Source: Saprospirales bacterium
GTDB taxonomy: Bacteria > Bacteroidota > Bacteroidia > Chitinophagales > UBA8649
Direction of reading: 5' to 3'
Length of the DNA: 64,000 nt
Assembly (NCBI GenBank): GCA_002708985.1
Contig: PAPS01000033.1
Span: forward strand, 5,803 to 69,802
Below the pieces are notes generated by a model. It was not told the DNA's origin, made no database searches, and worked only from the letters and a program-made list of their open reading frames with translations. Shown here piece after piece: positions 55,613 through 64,000 of this stretch (within the stretch, counting starts at the first letter, position 1; every line of letters starts with the position of its first letter). Made by a program: the position numbers and the translations under genes.

Positions 55613-55978
55613 ATGAGAAAAATTACTAAATATCTTTGCTCCGTCTTTATTGCAGGATCAGTTTTTCTTTTAAGTTGCGCCAATGAGTCAGGTAATATGT
55701 CAAATTTTGATGAATCAGAAAAACCTCATCTAGAAGTCGTCGCAAACGATTCTTTACTTCTCTCCATTGAGGGTATGATGTGTCCTTCAGGATGCGCTAA
55801 GCCTATTGAAGAAAAACTTGCGTCATGCGTTGGGATAAGTAATTGCACTGTGGATTTTGAAAATCAAACGGCCTTTGTAAGCTTTGATAATTCTTCTATA
55901 ACTCCAGAATTAATGATTCAAGTTGTCGGTGCTGTAAACGATGGTGCTTATACGGCATCTGTAAAAGAAGCGCTATAG
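55613..55978 (+). CDS. HMA-domain lipoprotein (CxxxC variant)
   Basis: Lipobox LLSC, IEGMMCPSGCAKPIE. Confidence 0.8.
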   Translation: MRKITKYLCSVFIAGSVFLLSCANESGNMSNFDESEKPHLEVVANDSLLLSIEGMMCPSGCAKPIEEKLASCVGISNCTVDFENQTAFVSFDNSSITPELMIQVVGAVNDGAYTASVKEAL

Positions 55979-55998
55979 ACCAATCCTCAACACTGCCC

Positions 55999-57201
55999 AT
56001 GAATTTCTCTAAACTCATCCAACGTGTTCCTACTTCATCTACCATTAAGATGGCTCAAATGGCGCGTGAAAAACGCCAAGCAGGAAAAGAGGTGATTAAC
56101 CTGACCTTGGGAGAACCTGATTTTCCAACCCCTAACTTTATAGTAGAAGCGGGTGCTAAGGCGTTACGAGATGGTTTTACCAAGTACACACCAGTTCCTG
56201 GGTTGCTTAGTCTTCGAAAGACTATTTCTAGCAAACTTTCAACGCAAAATAATCTTACTTACGCTCCTGATGAGATCATCGTGTCGACTGGAGCCAAGCA
56301 ATCGATTGCAAATGCAGTGCTGACCCTCGTAAATCCTGGGGAGGTTGTCTTGCTTCCTGTGCCGTATTGGGTAAGTTATGCGGGTATAGCAAAGATGGCG
56401 GGGGCGGAAGTTTTTCCAATGCCTACGGGTATTGATCAACAGTTTAAAATTACTCCTGCACAACTTGAATCGACGTTGGCTAGTCTTTCAGCGTCAGGCA
56501 AAGTTGCTAAGATGCTCATTTTTAGCAGTCCTAGTAATCCTTCGGGAATGTGCTATTCACAGGAGGAATTGGATGCCCTCTCTACGGTTATTGAAAAACA
56601 TGCTTCTTTATGGGTCCTGACCGATGAGATTTATGAGCATATAAATTTCACAGGGAAGCCCCATGCGAGTATTGCAAAAAATCAATCTATTCGAGATCAA
56701 GTCTTGTTAGTAAATGGTATGTCTAAAGGATATTGTATGACAGGCTGGCGTATTGGATATTTAGTTGGTCCAAAAGAGGTAGTAAAGGCTTGCGGAAAGC
56801 TTCAAGGGCAGTTCACGTCAGGTACTTCTGCCGCGGCTCAAAAAGGTGCTGAGGCTGCCTTGTTAGGATCTCTTGATGAAACCTTGGCTATGCGTGATGC
56901 CTTTGTTCAACGAAGAGATTATCTTCTGGATGCCTTAAAGGATTTTAAAGGATGGTCTTATTTAAAACCAGACGGGGCTTTCTACTTATTTATCAATATT
57001 CAAGAGGCACTTGGTCAATCAATTAATGGTAAAGAGATTACTTCTGGAGATGGGCTTGCTGAGCTCTTGTTAGACCAATTGGATGTTGCTTTGGTGGGTG
57101 GGTCAGGCTTTGGAGAACCTAATGCCATGCGTATATCCTATGCAGCATCTATTGAGGACTTAGAGGTAATGGTAAGTCGCTTGGCTCCGTATTTTAGTTG
57201 A
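55999..57201 (+). CDS. aspC: Class I PLP aspartate aminotransferase
   Basis: GEPDF, PSNPSG, DEIY, NGMSKGYCMTGWRIG. Confidence 0.85.
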   Translation: MNFSKLIQRVPTSSTIKMAQMAREKRQAGKEVINLTLGEPDFPTPNFIVEAGAKALRDGFTKYTPVPGLLSLRKTISSKLSTQNNLTYAPDEIIVSTGAKQSIANAVLTLVNPGEVVLLPVPYWVSYAGIAKMAGAEVFPMPTGIDQQFKITPAQLESTLASLSASGKVAKMLIFSSPSNPSGMCYSQEELDALSTVIEKHASLWVLTDEIYEHINFTGKPHASIAKNQSIRDQVLLVNGMSKGYCMTGWRIGYLVGPKEVVKACGKLQGQFTSGTSAAAQKGAEAALLGSLDETLAMRDAFVQRRDYLLDALKDFKGWSYLKPDGAFYLFINIQEALGQSINGKEITSGDGLAELLLDQLDVALVGGSGFGEPNAMRISYAASIEDLEVMVSRLAPYFS

Positions 57202-57202
57202 T

Positions 57203-58138
57203 ATGCGCGCATTAGTTGTTGGCGATATAATCTTGGATAGCTTTCTTAAAGGAACAAAGACAAGGCAATCTCCGGAAGCTGATGCCCCAATACTTCTTCA
57301 TGAATCAACAAATTATGTTGCCGGTGGAGCAGCCAATGTAGCCTTGAACCTACATAGTCTGGGCTGGGACGTTTCTCTGATGGGGCTAGTAGGAGGAGAT
57401 GAGGCTGGTGAGCGTTTGTCAAACTTGTTAGCTACTTATAAAAACCTCGAAGTGATTTCCTTTGCGGATGGTAGACCTACTACTCACAAACAACGTATTC
57501 TAGTTGATGGAGTCTATCAGATGCGTGTAGACGTTGAAAGCACCCTAACTATTGATATGGATATAGTAAGAGATATACTTGACAAGGTCGAGGAGAAGAT
57601 AAATGAGGATTTGGATATTCTTGTTTTGCAAGATTATAACAAAGGGATTTTGACTCCTGATTTTATCAAAGGCATATTGTCTTTGGCGAATGCAGCTGGG
57701 GTAGACGTTGTGGTGGATCCCAAAAGAAACAACTTTTGGAATTATAAAGCGGTCTCCATATTCAAACCAAATCGTAAAGAGTTAGCCGAGGCAAATCAAA
57801 TAGATGTTGCTGCTTTAACAGACTTGACCATCTTAGAAGAGGTGATGAGAAAGTCTAAAAATAACTTGCAATGTGATCAACTCATTGTGACGCTATCTGA
57901 AGCCGGTATTGCTGCTTTAGATCGAAACGACACCTTTCATTATCAACCGGCTCTCTCTCATTCGATAACCGATGTTTGTGGGGCTGGCGATTCTGTTTTT
58001 GCTGCAGTGATTGACGCCACGAAAAATGCATTGGGCTTAGAAGAAGTTTTACATCGTTGTCTTCTAGCTGGTAAGGCAGCTTGTTCAACCCAGGGAACCT
58101 ATGTTTTACGTCAAGAAGACTTAGAGGTAAATTATTAG
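57203..58138 (+). CDS. Heptose-7-phosphate kinase-like PfkB protein (RfaE/HldE N-domain only)
   Basis: VGDIILD, SPEADAP, GGAANVA, QDYNKG, DVCGAGD. Confidence 0.85.
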   Translation: MRALVVGDIILDSFLKGTKTRQSPEADAPILLHESTNYVAGGAANVALNLHSLGWDVSLMGLVGGDEAGERLSNLLATYKNLEVISFADGRPTTHKQRILVDGVYQMRVDVESTLTIDMDIVRDILDKVEEKINEDLDILVLQDYNKGILTPDFIKGILSLANAAGVDVVVDPKRNNFWNYKAVSIFKPNRKELAEANQIDVAALTDLTILEEVMRKSKNNLQCDQLIVTLSEAGIAALDRNDTFHYQPALSHSITDVCGAGDSVFAAVIDATKNALGLEEVLHRCLLAGKAACSTQGTYVLRQEDLEVNY

Positions 58139-59391
58139 ATTTTACGGATAGCTTTAACAGGATCAAGTGAAGCTCCTAAGTAAGCGGGTATAGCTCCTGC
58201 AAGTAAACCAATAGCTGTAGATAAGCCAAGGCCAAGTATAACATTCTGTTGGGAAAGGCTCAATACAATTGATGCGCCACTTTTTGCGATAACGAGGTTT
58301 GCTACGTTTAAGAAGCAATAACTAGCAATCATTCCTAAAGCCCCTCCAATCAAACAAAGCATGACGGCCTCAACTAAAAATTCAAGCATAATGACATATC
58401 GCTTGGCACCTAGCGCTTTTTTTATGCCTATGTATACTCTCCGCTCACGAACCGATACCAGCATAATGTTGAGAATGCCAATGCCGCCAACAAGGATAGA
58501 AAAGATGCCAATGAAGAGTCCCGCTTGATTCACCACTTCAAACACTTTGCTGAAAGCATTGGCCAACAAACTCGTTTCGTTGATCGAAAAGTCGTCTTTG
58601 GATTGAGTGTTTTGGTAACGTGCAGAGCGCATAAGAAAGGCTAGTTCCGCTTTGGCCTCATCCATGGATTGTCCTTCCTTCACCTTAGCCATGATTAGCG
58701 GGCTTCCAAAGGTTTCCTTTCCCAACGTTTTATTGATAAAGGCATTGGATACGATAATGTCATTATCCAAACTAAGATTAAGAATATCTTGTCCTTCTTT
58801 CTGCAACACACCGATGACGCGAACTTCTGCGTTATTCATCTTGATTTTTTGTCCTATTGCACGGACGGCTTTGGGAAACAGTTCTAATGCAATACTACCA
58901 CCTAGAATAGCGACGGATTCTCCGTTGTGAAATTCTCGTTGACTAAAGAATCGCCCACTCGTTAATTGAAGACTGCGGATGTTGTCATATCCTTCTGATA
59001 CACTAACTAGATTAACACCATCCATGGTGGACCATGATGAAATTGCTTGTTGGTTTTCAATGACTTCTAGGTAACATATCGCTTGGGAAGAACGGATACG
59101 GTGGCGGATGGTAAGGTATTCTTCCTCATTGACTTCGGGTCGGTTCATGTACTCCCACCAAGGATAACCTTCTCCAAAATCCCATGGCCATTTTTGTACA
59201 TAGACAACATCATTTCCAAGTGAGTTTATGCTGCCAGAGATGTTGCGTTCTAGGGAATCGACAGAAGCGAAAACAGTCATAATACAGAGCACGCCGATGA
59301 AGACTCCAAAAAAGGACAATATAGATCGAAGTTTATGGGACCAGATCTCAAGAAAACCAGTAAATAAACTGCGAAATAGAATACGCAACAT
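58135..59391 (-). CDS. MacB/FtsX-type ABC transporter permease
   Basis: RSILSFFGVFIGV, VGGIGILNIMLVSVRER...GIKKALGA. Confidence 0.92.
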   Translation of the reverse strand: MLRILFRSLFTGFLEIWSHKLRSILSFFGVFIGVLCIMTVFASVDSLERNISGSINSLGNDVVYVQKWPWDFGEGYPWWEYMNRPEVNEEEYLTIRHRIRSSQAICYLEVIENQQAISSWSTMDGVNLVSVSEGYDNIRSLQLTSGRFFSQREFHNGESVAILGGSIALELFPKAVRAIGQKIKMNNAEVRVIGVLQKEGQDILNLSLDNDIIVSNAFINKTLGKETFGSPLIMAKVKEGQSMDEAKAELAFLMRSARYQNTQSKDDFSINETSLLANAFSKVFEVVNQAGLFIGIFSILVGGIGILNIMLVSVRERRVYIGIKKALGAKRYVIMLEFLVEAVMLCLIGGALGMIASYCFLNVANLVIAKSGASIVLSLSQQNVILGLGLSTAIGLLAGAIPAYLGASLDPVKAIRKI

Positions 59392-59430
59392 TGAATGGAT
59401 TTAGATTCGCTAAAGAATGCAAGTTAGTAG

Positions 59431-59438
59431 TAATTTTG
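59431..59438 (+). promoter_or_regulatory. Sigma-A -7 element (TAATTTTG) of queA
   Basis: Exact TAnnTTTG, 4 nt before ATG 59443. Confidence 0.6.
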
Positions 59439-59442
59439 CAGG

Positions 59443-60498
59443 ATGGAACGAATGAAGCTTTCTCACTTTAATTATGAATTGCCAAAAGAACTTATTGCGG
59501 AGTTTCCTACCGAGCAGCGCGATGAGAGCAGATTAATGGTCATTGACCGTGCAAAACAAACCATCGAACACAAAACCTTTAAAAACTTTATTGATTATTT
59601 CGGAGAAGGGGACACCCTTGCTATGAATAATACAAAGGTGTTCCCTGCAAGATTGTATGGCCAAAAGGAAAAGACCGGAGCCAAAATAGAAGTGTTTTTG
59701 CTTCGTGAGCTAAACAAAGAGCAAATGTTGTGGGATGTTTTGGTCGACCCAGCACGTAAAATTCGCGTGGGTAACAAGCTCTATTTTGGTGATGATGAAC
59801 TCGTTGCGGAAGTTGTAGACAATACTACTTCTCGTGGAAGAACCGTTAGATTCTTTTTTGATGGTTCTCAAGAAGATTTCAGAAGGGTCTTGTTTGGACT
59901 GGGTTCTACGCCTCTTCCCAAATACATCAAAAGAGACTCTGAAGAGATAGACGAAAGTCGATATCAAACTATTTATGCTAAGGTTGATGGTGCTGTTGCT
60001 GCTCCGACGGCTGGTCTTCATTTCAGTCGAGAGGTGATGAAAAGACTAGAACTCAATGGGGTAAATATGGCCGAGGTTACCTTACATACTGGGCTCGGTA
60101 CTTTCCGTTCGATTGAAGTAGAGGATTTGTCAAAGCATAGAATGGATGCTGAGTTTTATATGGTGAATAAACAGGCGATCGAAACCATTAATACCGCGCT
60201 TGATAGAGGGAAACGAATCTGTTCTATTGGTACGACATCGATGAGGGCAATTGAGTCTTCTGTCTCGGCATATGGTCGATTAAAAGAAGGACAAGGTTGG
60301 ACTAATCTTTTTGTATATCCTCCCTTTGACTTTTCAATTGCTAATTCAATGCTGACAAACTTTCATCTGCCCAAATCAAGCTTGATTATCATGGTTTGTG
60401 CTTTTGGTGGATATGAGTTAATTATGAAAGCTTATGAAGAAGCTATTAAAGAAAAGTATCGCTTCTATAGCTATGGGGATGCAATGTTAATTCTTTAG
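59443..60498 (+). CDS. queA: SAM:tRNA ribosyltransferase-isomerase
   Basis: [42 protein letters not shown]. Start at 59443 or 59452. Confidence 0.96.
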   Translation: MERMKLSHFNYELPKELIAEFPTEQRDESRLMVIDRAKQTIEHKTFKNFIDYFGEGDTLAMNNTKVFPARLYGQKEKTGAKIEVFLLRELNKEQMLWDVLVDPARKIRVGNKLYFGDDELVAEVVDNTTSRGRTVRFFFDGSQEDFRRVLFGLGSTPLPKYIKRDSEEIDESRYQTIYAKVDGAVAAPTAGLHFSREVMKRLELNGVNMAEVTLHTGLGTFRSIEVEDLSKHRMDAEFYMVNKQAIETINTALDRGKRICSIGTTSMRAIESSVSAYGRLKEGQGWTNLFVYPPFDFSIANSMLTNFHLPKSSLIIMVCAFGGYELIMKAYEEAIKEKYRFYSYGDAMLIL

Positions 60499-60500
60499 AT

Positions 60501-61976
60501 GTGAAGTTGTTTCGGTTCTTTCTTCTCGGATTTTTCGCAATCCTTACGTTCTTTTCTGTAAAGGCTCAGCGAGGCTTCTTTTATTCTCATATTCCAGATT
60601 GGGACTATTCACATGTTGATTCTTCCATTCAATCATCAATCATGAAGGATACCGCTGTGTTGACAGATGATGAAATCAAAGCAATGATTCGTCTGCCTCA
60701 AAGTGAATTGCCACAGCCAAGTGACGAAGAGATTTCAGCGCAGCTTGAAGCCATTCCCGCTTTGATTAATTTTCAATGTAATGATCAAGTAATCGCTGAG
60801 ATCAGGAGCATGGTATACTCCGCTAGGAACTACATGGCCAAGCTTAGAGGAAGAGCGGAATACTATTTTCCAATTTTTGAGGGAATGCTCGCACAGGAAG
60901 GATTACCTATCGAGTTAAAGTATCTAACCCTTATCGAATCTGGACTTGATCCTCAGATAACAAGTTATGCTGGAGCTCGTGGATTGTGGCAGATTATGCC
61001 AGCTACTGCTCGAGGACTTGGCTTAACCCTTGATTCATGGGTAGACGAAAGGTGTGATCCGATAAAGTCAACGCAAGCTGCCCTTGCTTACCTCAAGGCT
61101 GCGAACAGGACATACGACGATTGGTTGGTTAGCTTGGCATCATACAATGCAGGACCTGGAACGGTGAACCGGGCTATTTCAAGAACGGCAAGTGGAAGGA
61201 CCTATTGGGACATTCAACCTCAGCTGCCACGAGAGACACAAAAGTATGTTCCAAAGTATATAGCGATGGTCTATGCGATGCACTATGCGGACTACTACAA
61301 AATTCCGATTATCTATCCGAGTTATAGCACTGCTCCTAGCATTCCGGTAGAAATCTTTTCTCCTTTAAAAATTAGCCATATTGCTGCTGCCCTTGATATA
61401 GACTCTGCCGACTTAGCTCGGTTAAATCCATCGCTAAATACAGATTGGATTCCTTATTATCAAAAAGGGTTCTATTTGAATATTCCTTCCGATAAGTCAG
61501 CAAGATTTTATGCTTTGGAACAAGATATTTATTTGACAAGTGATACTTTGTTTTTTGTTTTACGAGATGACCGGGTAAATGGCGGTTATGATGAGCGTAA
61601 GAACATTTACTATGTTCAACAAGGAGATTATCTCGAAAAGATTGCCATGAATTTCTCGGTAAGCGTAGAGGAATTAATGGAGTGGAATGACCTTGAGTCG
61701 ATGATGTTAGAGTTGGGTCAAGGACTAGTTGTAGGTGATAACAAGGGGCTAAATCCCTACATATCGGATGAAGAACGACCCGATGAGGTAGGCGTGCAGT
61801 CTGATGAATATGACGAGAACTGCCAATGTACCTATCACCGCGTTCGATTCGGTGAATCAATCTTTGACATCGCCTATGAATATGGCGTCCGCGTCGAGGA
61901 TATTCTCAGAGAAAACACCATTACAAACGTTCTCTTAGTTGAACAGGGTATTAACCTCAAAATTCCAAAGGAATAG
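60501..61976 (+). CDS. mltD: MltD-like lytic transglycosylase with LysM domains
   Basis: IESGL, GLWQIMP, SYNAGPG, ETQKYVPK, two LysM repeats. Confidence 0.85.
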   Translation: MKLFRFFLLGFFAILTFFSVKAQRGFFYSHIPDWDYSHVDSSIQSSIMKDTAVLTDDEIKAMIRLPQSELPQPSDEEISAQLEAIPALINFQCNDQVIAEIRSMVYSARNYMAKLRGRAEYYFPIFEGMLAQEGLPIELKYLTLIESGLDPQITSYAGARGLWQIMPATARGLGLTLDSWVDERCDPIKSTQAALAYLKAANRTYDDWLVSLASYNAGPGTVNRAISRTASGRTYWDIQPQLPRETQKYVPKYIAMVYAMHYADYYKIPIIYPSYSTAPSIPVEIFSPLKISHIAAALDIDSADLARLNPSLNTDWIPYYQKGFYLNIPSDKSARFYALEQDIYLTSDTLFFVLRDDRVNGGYDERKNIYYVQQGDYLEKIAMNFSVSVEELMEWNDLESMMLELGQGLVVGDNKGLNPYISDEERPDEVGVQSDEYDENCQCTYHRVRFGESIFDIAYEYGVRVEDILRENTITNVLLVEQGINLKIPKE

Positions 61977-61991
61977 TCCTGAATTTTCAGA

Positions 61992-62834
61992 CTAAAGCGA
62001 TAAGCGCTTCACATCCTTAAAATTGGGCTTTCTTTTTTCTAGAAAGGCATCCCGTCCCTCTTGTGCCTCGTCGGTCATATAAGCTAAGCGAGTAGCCTCT
62101 CCTGCGAAAACCTGCTGGCCTACCATTCCGTCGTCGGTTAGGTTCATAGCAAACTTCAGCATTTTTATTGCCGTAGGAGACTTTTGAAGAATAGTTTGGG
62201 CCCATTCAAAGGCTTTATCCTCTAACTCTTCGTGGGGATAGATGGCGTTTACCATGCCCATGTCAAGCGCCTCCTGCGCCGTATAATCCTTTCCTAAGAA
62301 AAAGATCTCTCGTGCCTTTTTTTGTCCCACCATTTTTGCGAGATAGGCTGATCCATATCCCCCGTCAAAACTTGATACATCTGCATCAGTTTGTTTGAAA
62401 ATTGCGTGCTCTTGACTAGCTAGGGTCATATCGCATACGACATGAAGGCTGTGCCCGCCGCCAACGGCCCAACCTGGTACTACGGCTATTACAACCTTGG
62501 GCATGAAGCGAATCAATCGCTGTACCTCTAAAATGTTAAGTCTTGGCGTACCCGAGCTGTCTACATATCCTTGTTTACCTCGAGCTCTTTGATCTCCTCC
62601 ACTGCAAAAAGAATACACACCATCTTTTGGAGAAGGTCCTTCTCCAGAGAGTAAGACAACTCCGATGCTGTTATCCTCTTGGGCATTATAAAATGCTCTT
62701 AGTAGTTCAGCTACAGTTTTTGGGCGGAATGCATTCCGCACTTCTGGGCGATTAAATGCAATACGCGCGACGCCATCTTTCTTTGCATAGGTTATATCGC
62801 TATACCCTTCGATTGAATTCCATGATATATTCAT
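61992..62834 (-). CDS. menB: 1,4-dihydroxy-2-naphthoyl-CoA synthase
   Basis: NRPEVRNAFRP, FCSGGDQ, GGGHSLH, SFDGGYG, EGRDAFLEKR. Start refined to ATG 62834. Confidence 0.97.
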   Translation of the reverse strand: MNISWNSIEGYSDITYAKKDGVARIAFNRPEVRNAFRPKTVAELLRAFYNAQEDNSIGVVLLSGEGPSPKDGVYSFCSGGDQRARGKQGYVDSSGTPRLNILEVQRLIRFMPKVVIAVVPGWAVGGGHSLHVVCDMTLASQEHAIFKQTDADVSSFDGGYGSAYLAKMVGQKKAREIFFLGKDYTAQEALDMGMVNAIYPHEELEDKAFEWAQTILQKSPTAIKMLKFAMNLTDDGMVGQQVFAGEATRLAYMTDEAQEGRDAFLEKRKPNFKDVKRLSL

Positions 62835-62901
62835 AGAATAAATGTACAATCCATAGGCTCTAAATTGGGATTTCCTTGCAGGAATCCTTTAATTTGACGA
62901 T

Positions 62902-63918
62902 ATGTCTTGGCAGGATACACAGCGGTTTATAGGTAAGTTGAGTTGTAAAAAGCTCGCAAACATGTCCAAGCTGCTTATTTCCTATAAGTTAGCAACCTTG
63001 CAAGGTCGCGGTTCGAGGTGGGGCTTACCGATGACGCTGTCCGTTGAGCCGACAACCTCCTGTAACCTTGGTTGTCCGGAGTGCCCAAGTGGTTTACAAT
63101 CCTTTTCAAGGCCAACGGGTACAATCGATGTAGATTATGTTAAAAGATTGGTCGATGAGGTCAAAGATCATTTAATCTATCTCTACTTTTATTTTCAAGG
63201 AGAGCCCTATGTACATCCGCAATTTACGGAAATGGTAGACCTTGCCTCTCAGGCGGGATTATATACTGTTACATCATCCAATGGTCATTTCCTCACGGCT
63301 CGTAGAGCGCAAGAAACACTAGACAGCGGTCTTGATCGATTGATTATTTCGATTGACGGAAGTACGCAAACGAGTTATGGTCGTTATCGAAAAGGTGGGA
63401 AATTAGACAAAGTATTGCGCGGTATCGAAACCTTACTCAATGCGCGAGAAAAAGGAGGATATAAGAATCCGCATGTAATCTGGCAAACTGTTGTTTTTGC
63501 GTCTAATGAAGATGAAATTGATACGCTTAGGTCCATGGCCAAATCCTACGGTGTAGATGCCTTCTCTTTAAAAACAGCTCAGCTCTATGACTATGAAAAT
63601 GGCCACGAACTTATGCCGTCTTCACCGACCTTTTCCAGGTACCAGAGAAATAAGGAGGGAAAGTATGAGCTTAAACAACGAGGCCATCGTCATTGCTGGA
63701 AGGCTTGGCATAGTGCTGTCATGACATGGGATGGAAAGGTTGTCCCTTGCTGTTTTGATAAGGACGCTGAATTTGCCTTAGGTAATTATTCAAAAGAGTC
63801 GGTTCAGTCGATTTGGACCAATGATCTTTCTTCCTCATTTATGGAACAAGTACAACAGTCTCGACAGAGTATACCGATGTGTAATAATTGCTCTGAGGGG
63901 GTAAAAATATGGCGCTGA
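62902..63918 (+). CDS. Radical SAM protein with SPASM/twitch domain
   Basis: CNLGCPEC, GEP, SIDG, C-terminal CWKAW...CCFD...CNNC. Confidence 0.9.
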   Translation: MSWQDTQRFIGKLSCKKLANMSKLLISYKLATLQGRGSRWGLPMTLSVEPTTSCNLGCPECPSGLQSFSRPTGTIDVDYVKRLVDEVKDHLIYLYFYFQGEPYVHPQFTEMVDLASQAGLYTVTSSNGHFLTARRAQETLDSGLDRLIISIDGSTQTSYGRYRKGGKLDKVLRGIETLLNAREKGGYKNPHVIWQTVVFASNEDEIDTLRSMAKSYGVDAFSLKTAQLYDYENGHELMPSSPTFSRYQRNKEGKYELKQRGHRHCWKAWHSAVMTWDGKVVPCCFDKDAEFALGNYSKESVQSIWTNDLSSSFMEQVQQSRQSIPMCNNCSEGVKIWR

Positions 63919-63933
63919 TTAACAGCGCCATAT
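63901..63933 (-). terminator. Stem-loop over the radical SAM stop, probably a terminator for a convergent gene beyond the window
   Basis: ATATGGCGCTG-ATTAA-CAGCGCCATAT, 11-bp perfect stem. The short U-run is on the minus strand. Confidence 0.55.
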
Positions 63934-64000
63934 GCTAAGATTTTGTAAGTAGTTTTCGTCTATTCGTTAGGGATCATTAAATCATAAAACTGATCTAACT

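Noticed and set aside
61372-61860. 162-aa minus-strand ORF
   Set aside because: Antisense to mltD.
63960-64000. Possible 3' end of a minus-strand gene (LDQFYDLMIPNE*)
   Set aside because: Only 12 codons are visible, which is too little to call.
1-64000. CRISPR arrays, IS/transposases, integrases, prophage, rRNA, and in-frame UGA selenocysteine in the CxxC proteins
   Set aside because: No repeat-spacer pattern, no mobile-element ORF and no rRNA signature were seen. All redox motifs are ordinary Cys in uninterrupted frames.

Overview
Compact, AT-leaning Bacteroidota chromosome segment, probably a free-living aquatic lineage. The assignment rests on TAnnTTTG-type promoters, four T9SS C-terminal-domain proteins, TamL and DUF2795/DUF6029 genes. 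About 60 tightly packed CDSs, mostly housekeeping: aroA/aroB, phoH, purC, gltA, pheT, valS, trpS, tyrS, gatC, tdk, queA, menB. Accessory modules are (i) an uncharacterised extracytoplasmic thiol cluster (T9SS Omp28, small T9SS protein, TlpA, DUF6029 beta-barrel, Omp28 lipoprotein; 20.7-26.6 kb), (ii) a B12-dependent CarH/LitR, ECF sigma, crtI, crtB carotenoid locus with two matching TGTTTAA-N16-TTAAACA operators, (iii) an SCP2, sulfotransferase, DUF1214 operon, and (iv) a proteobacterial-type D-lactate dehydrogenase behind a long AT-rich spacer. Non-coding signals include a sigma54-like promoter with three 31-bp-phased sites before hsp20, a 26-bp palindrome before gltA, a 22/23-bp repeat before phoH and tdk, a probable CTG start, and several apparently leaderless genes. 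No rRNA, tRNA, CRISPR array, transposase, integrase or phage gene was seen. All family assignments come from motif recognition by eye; no database search was run.
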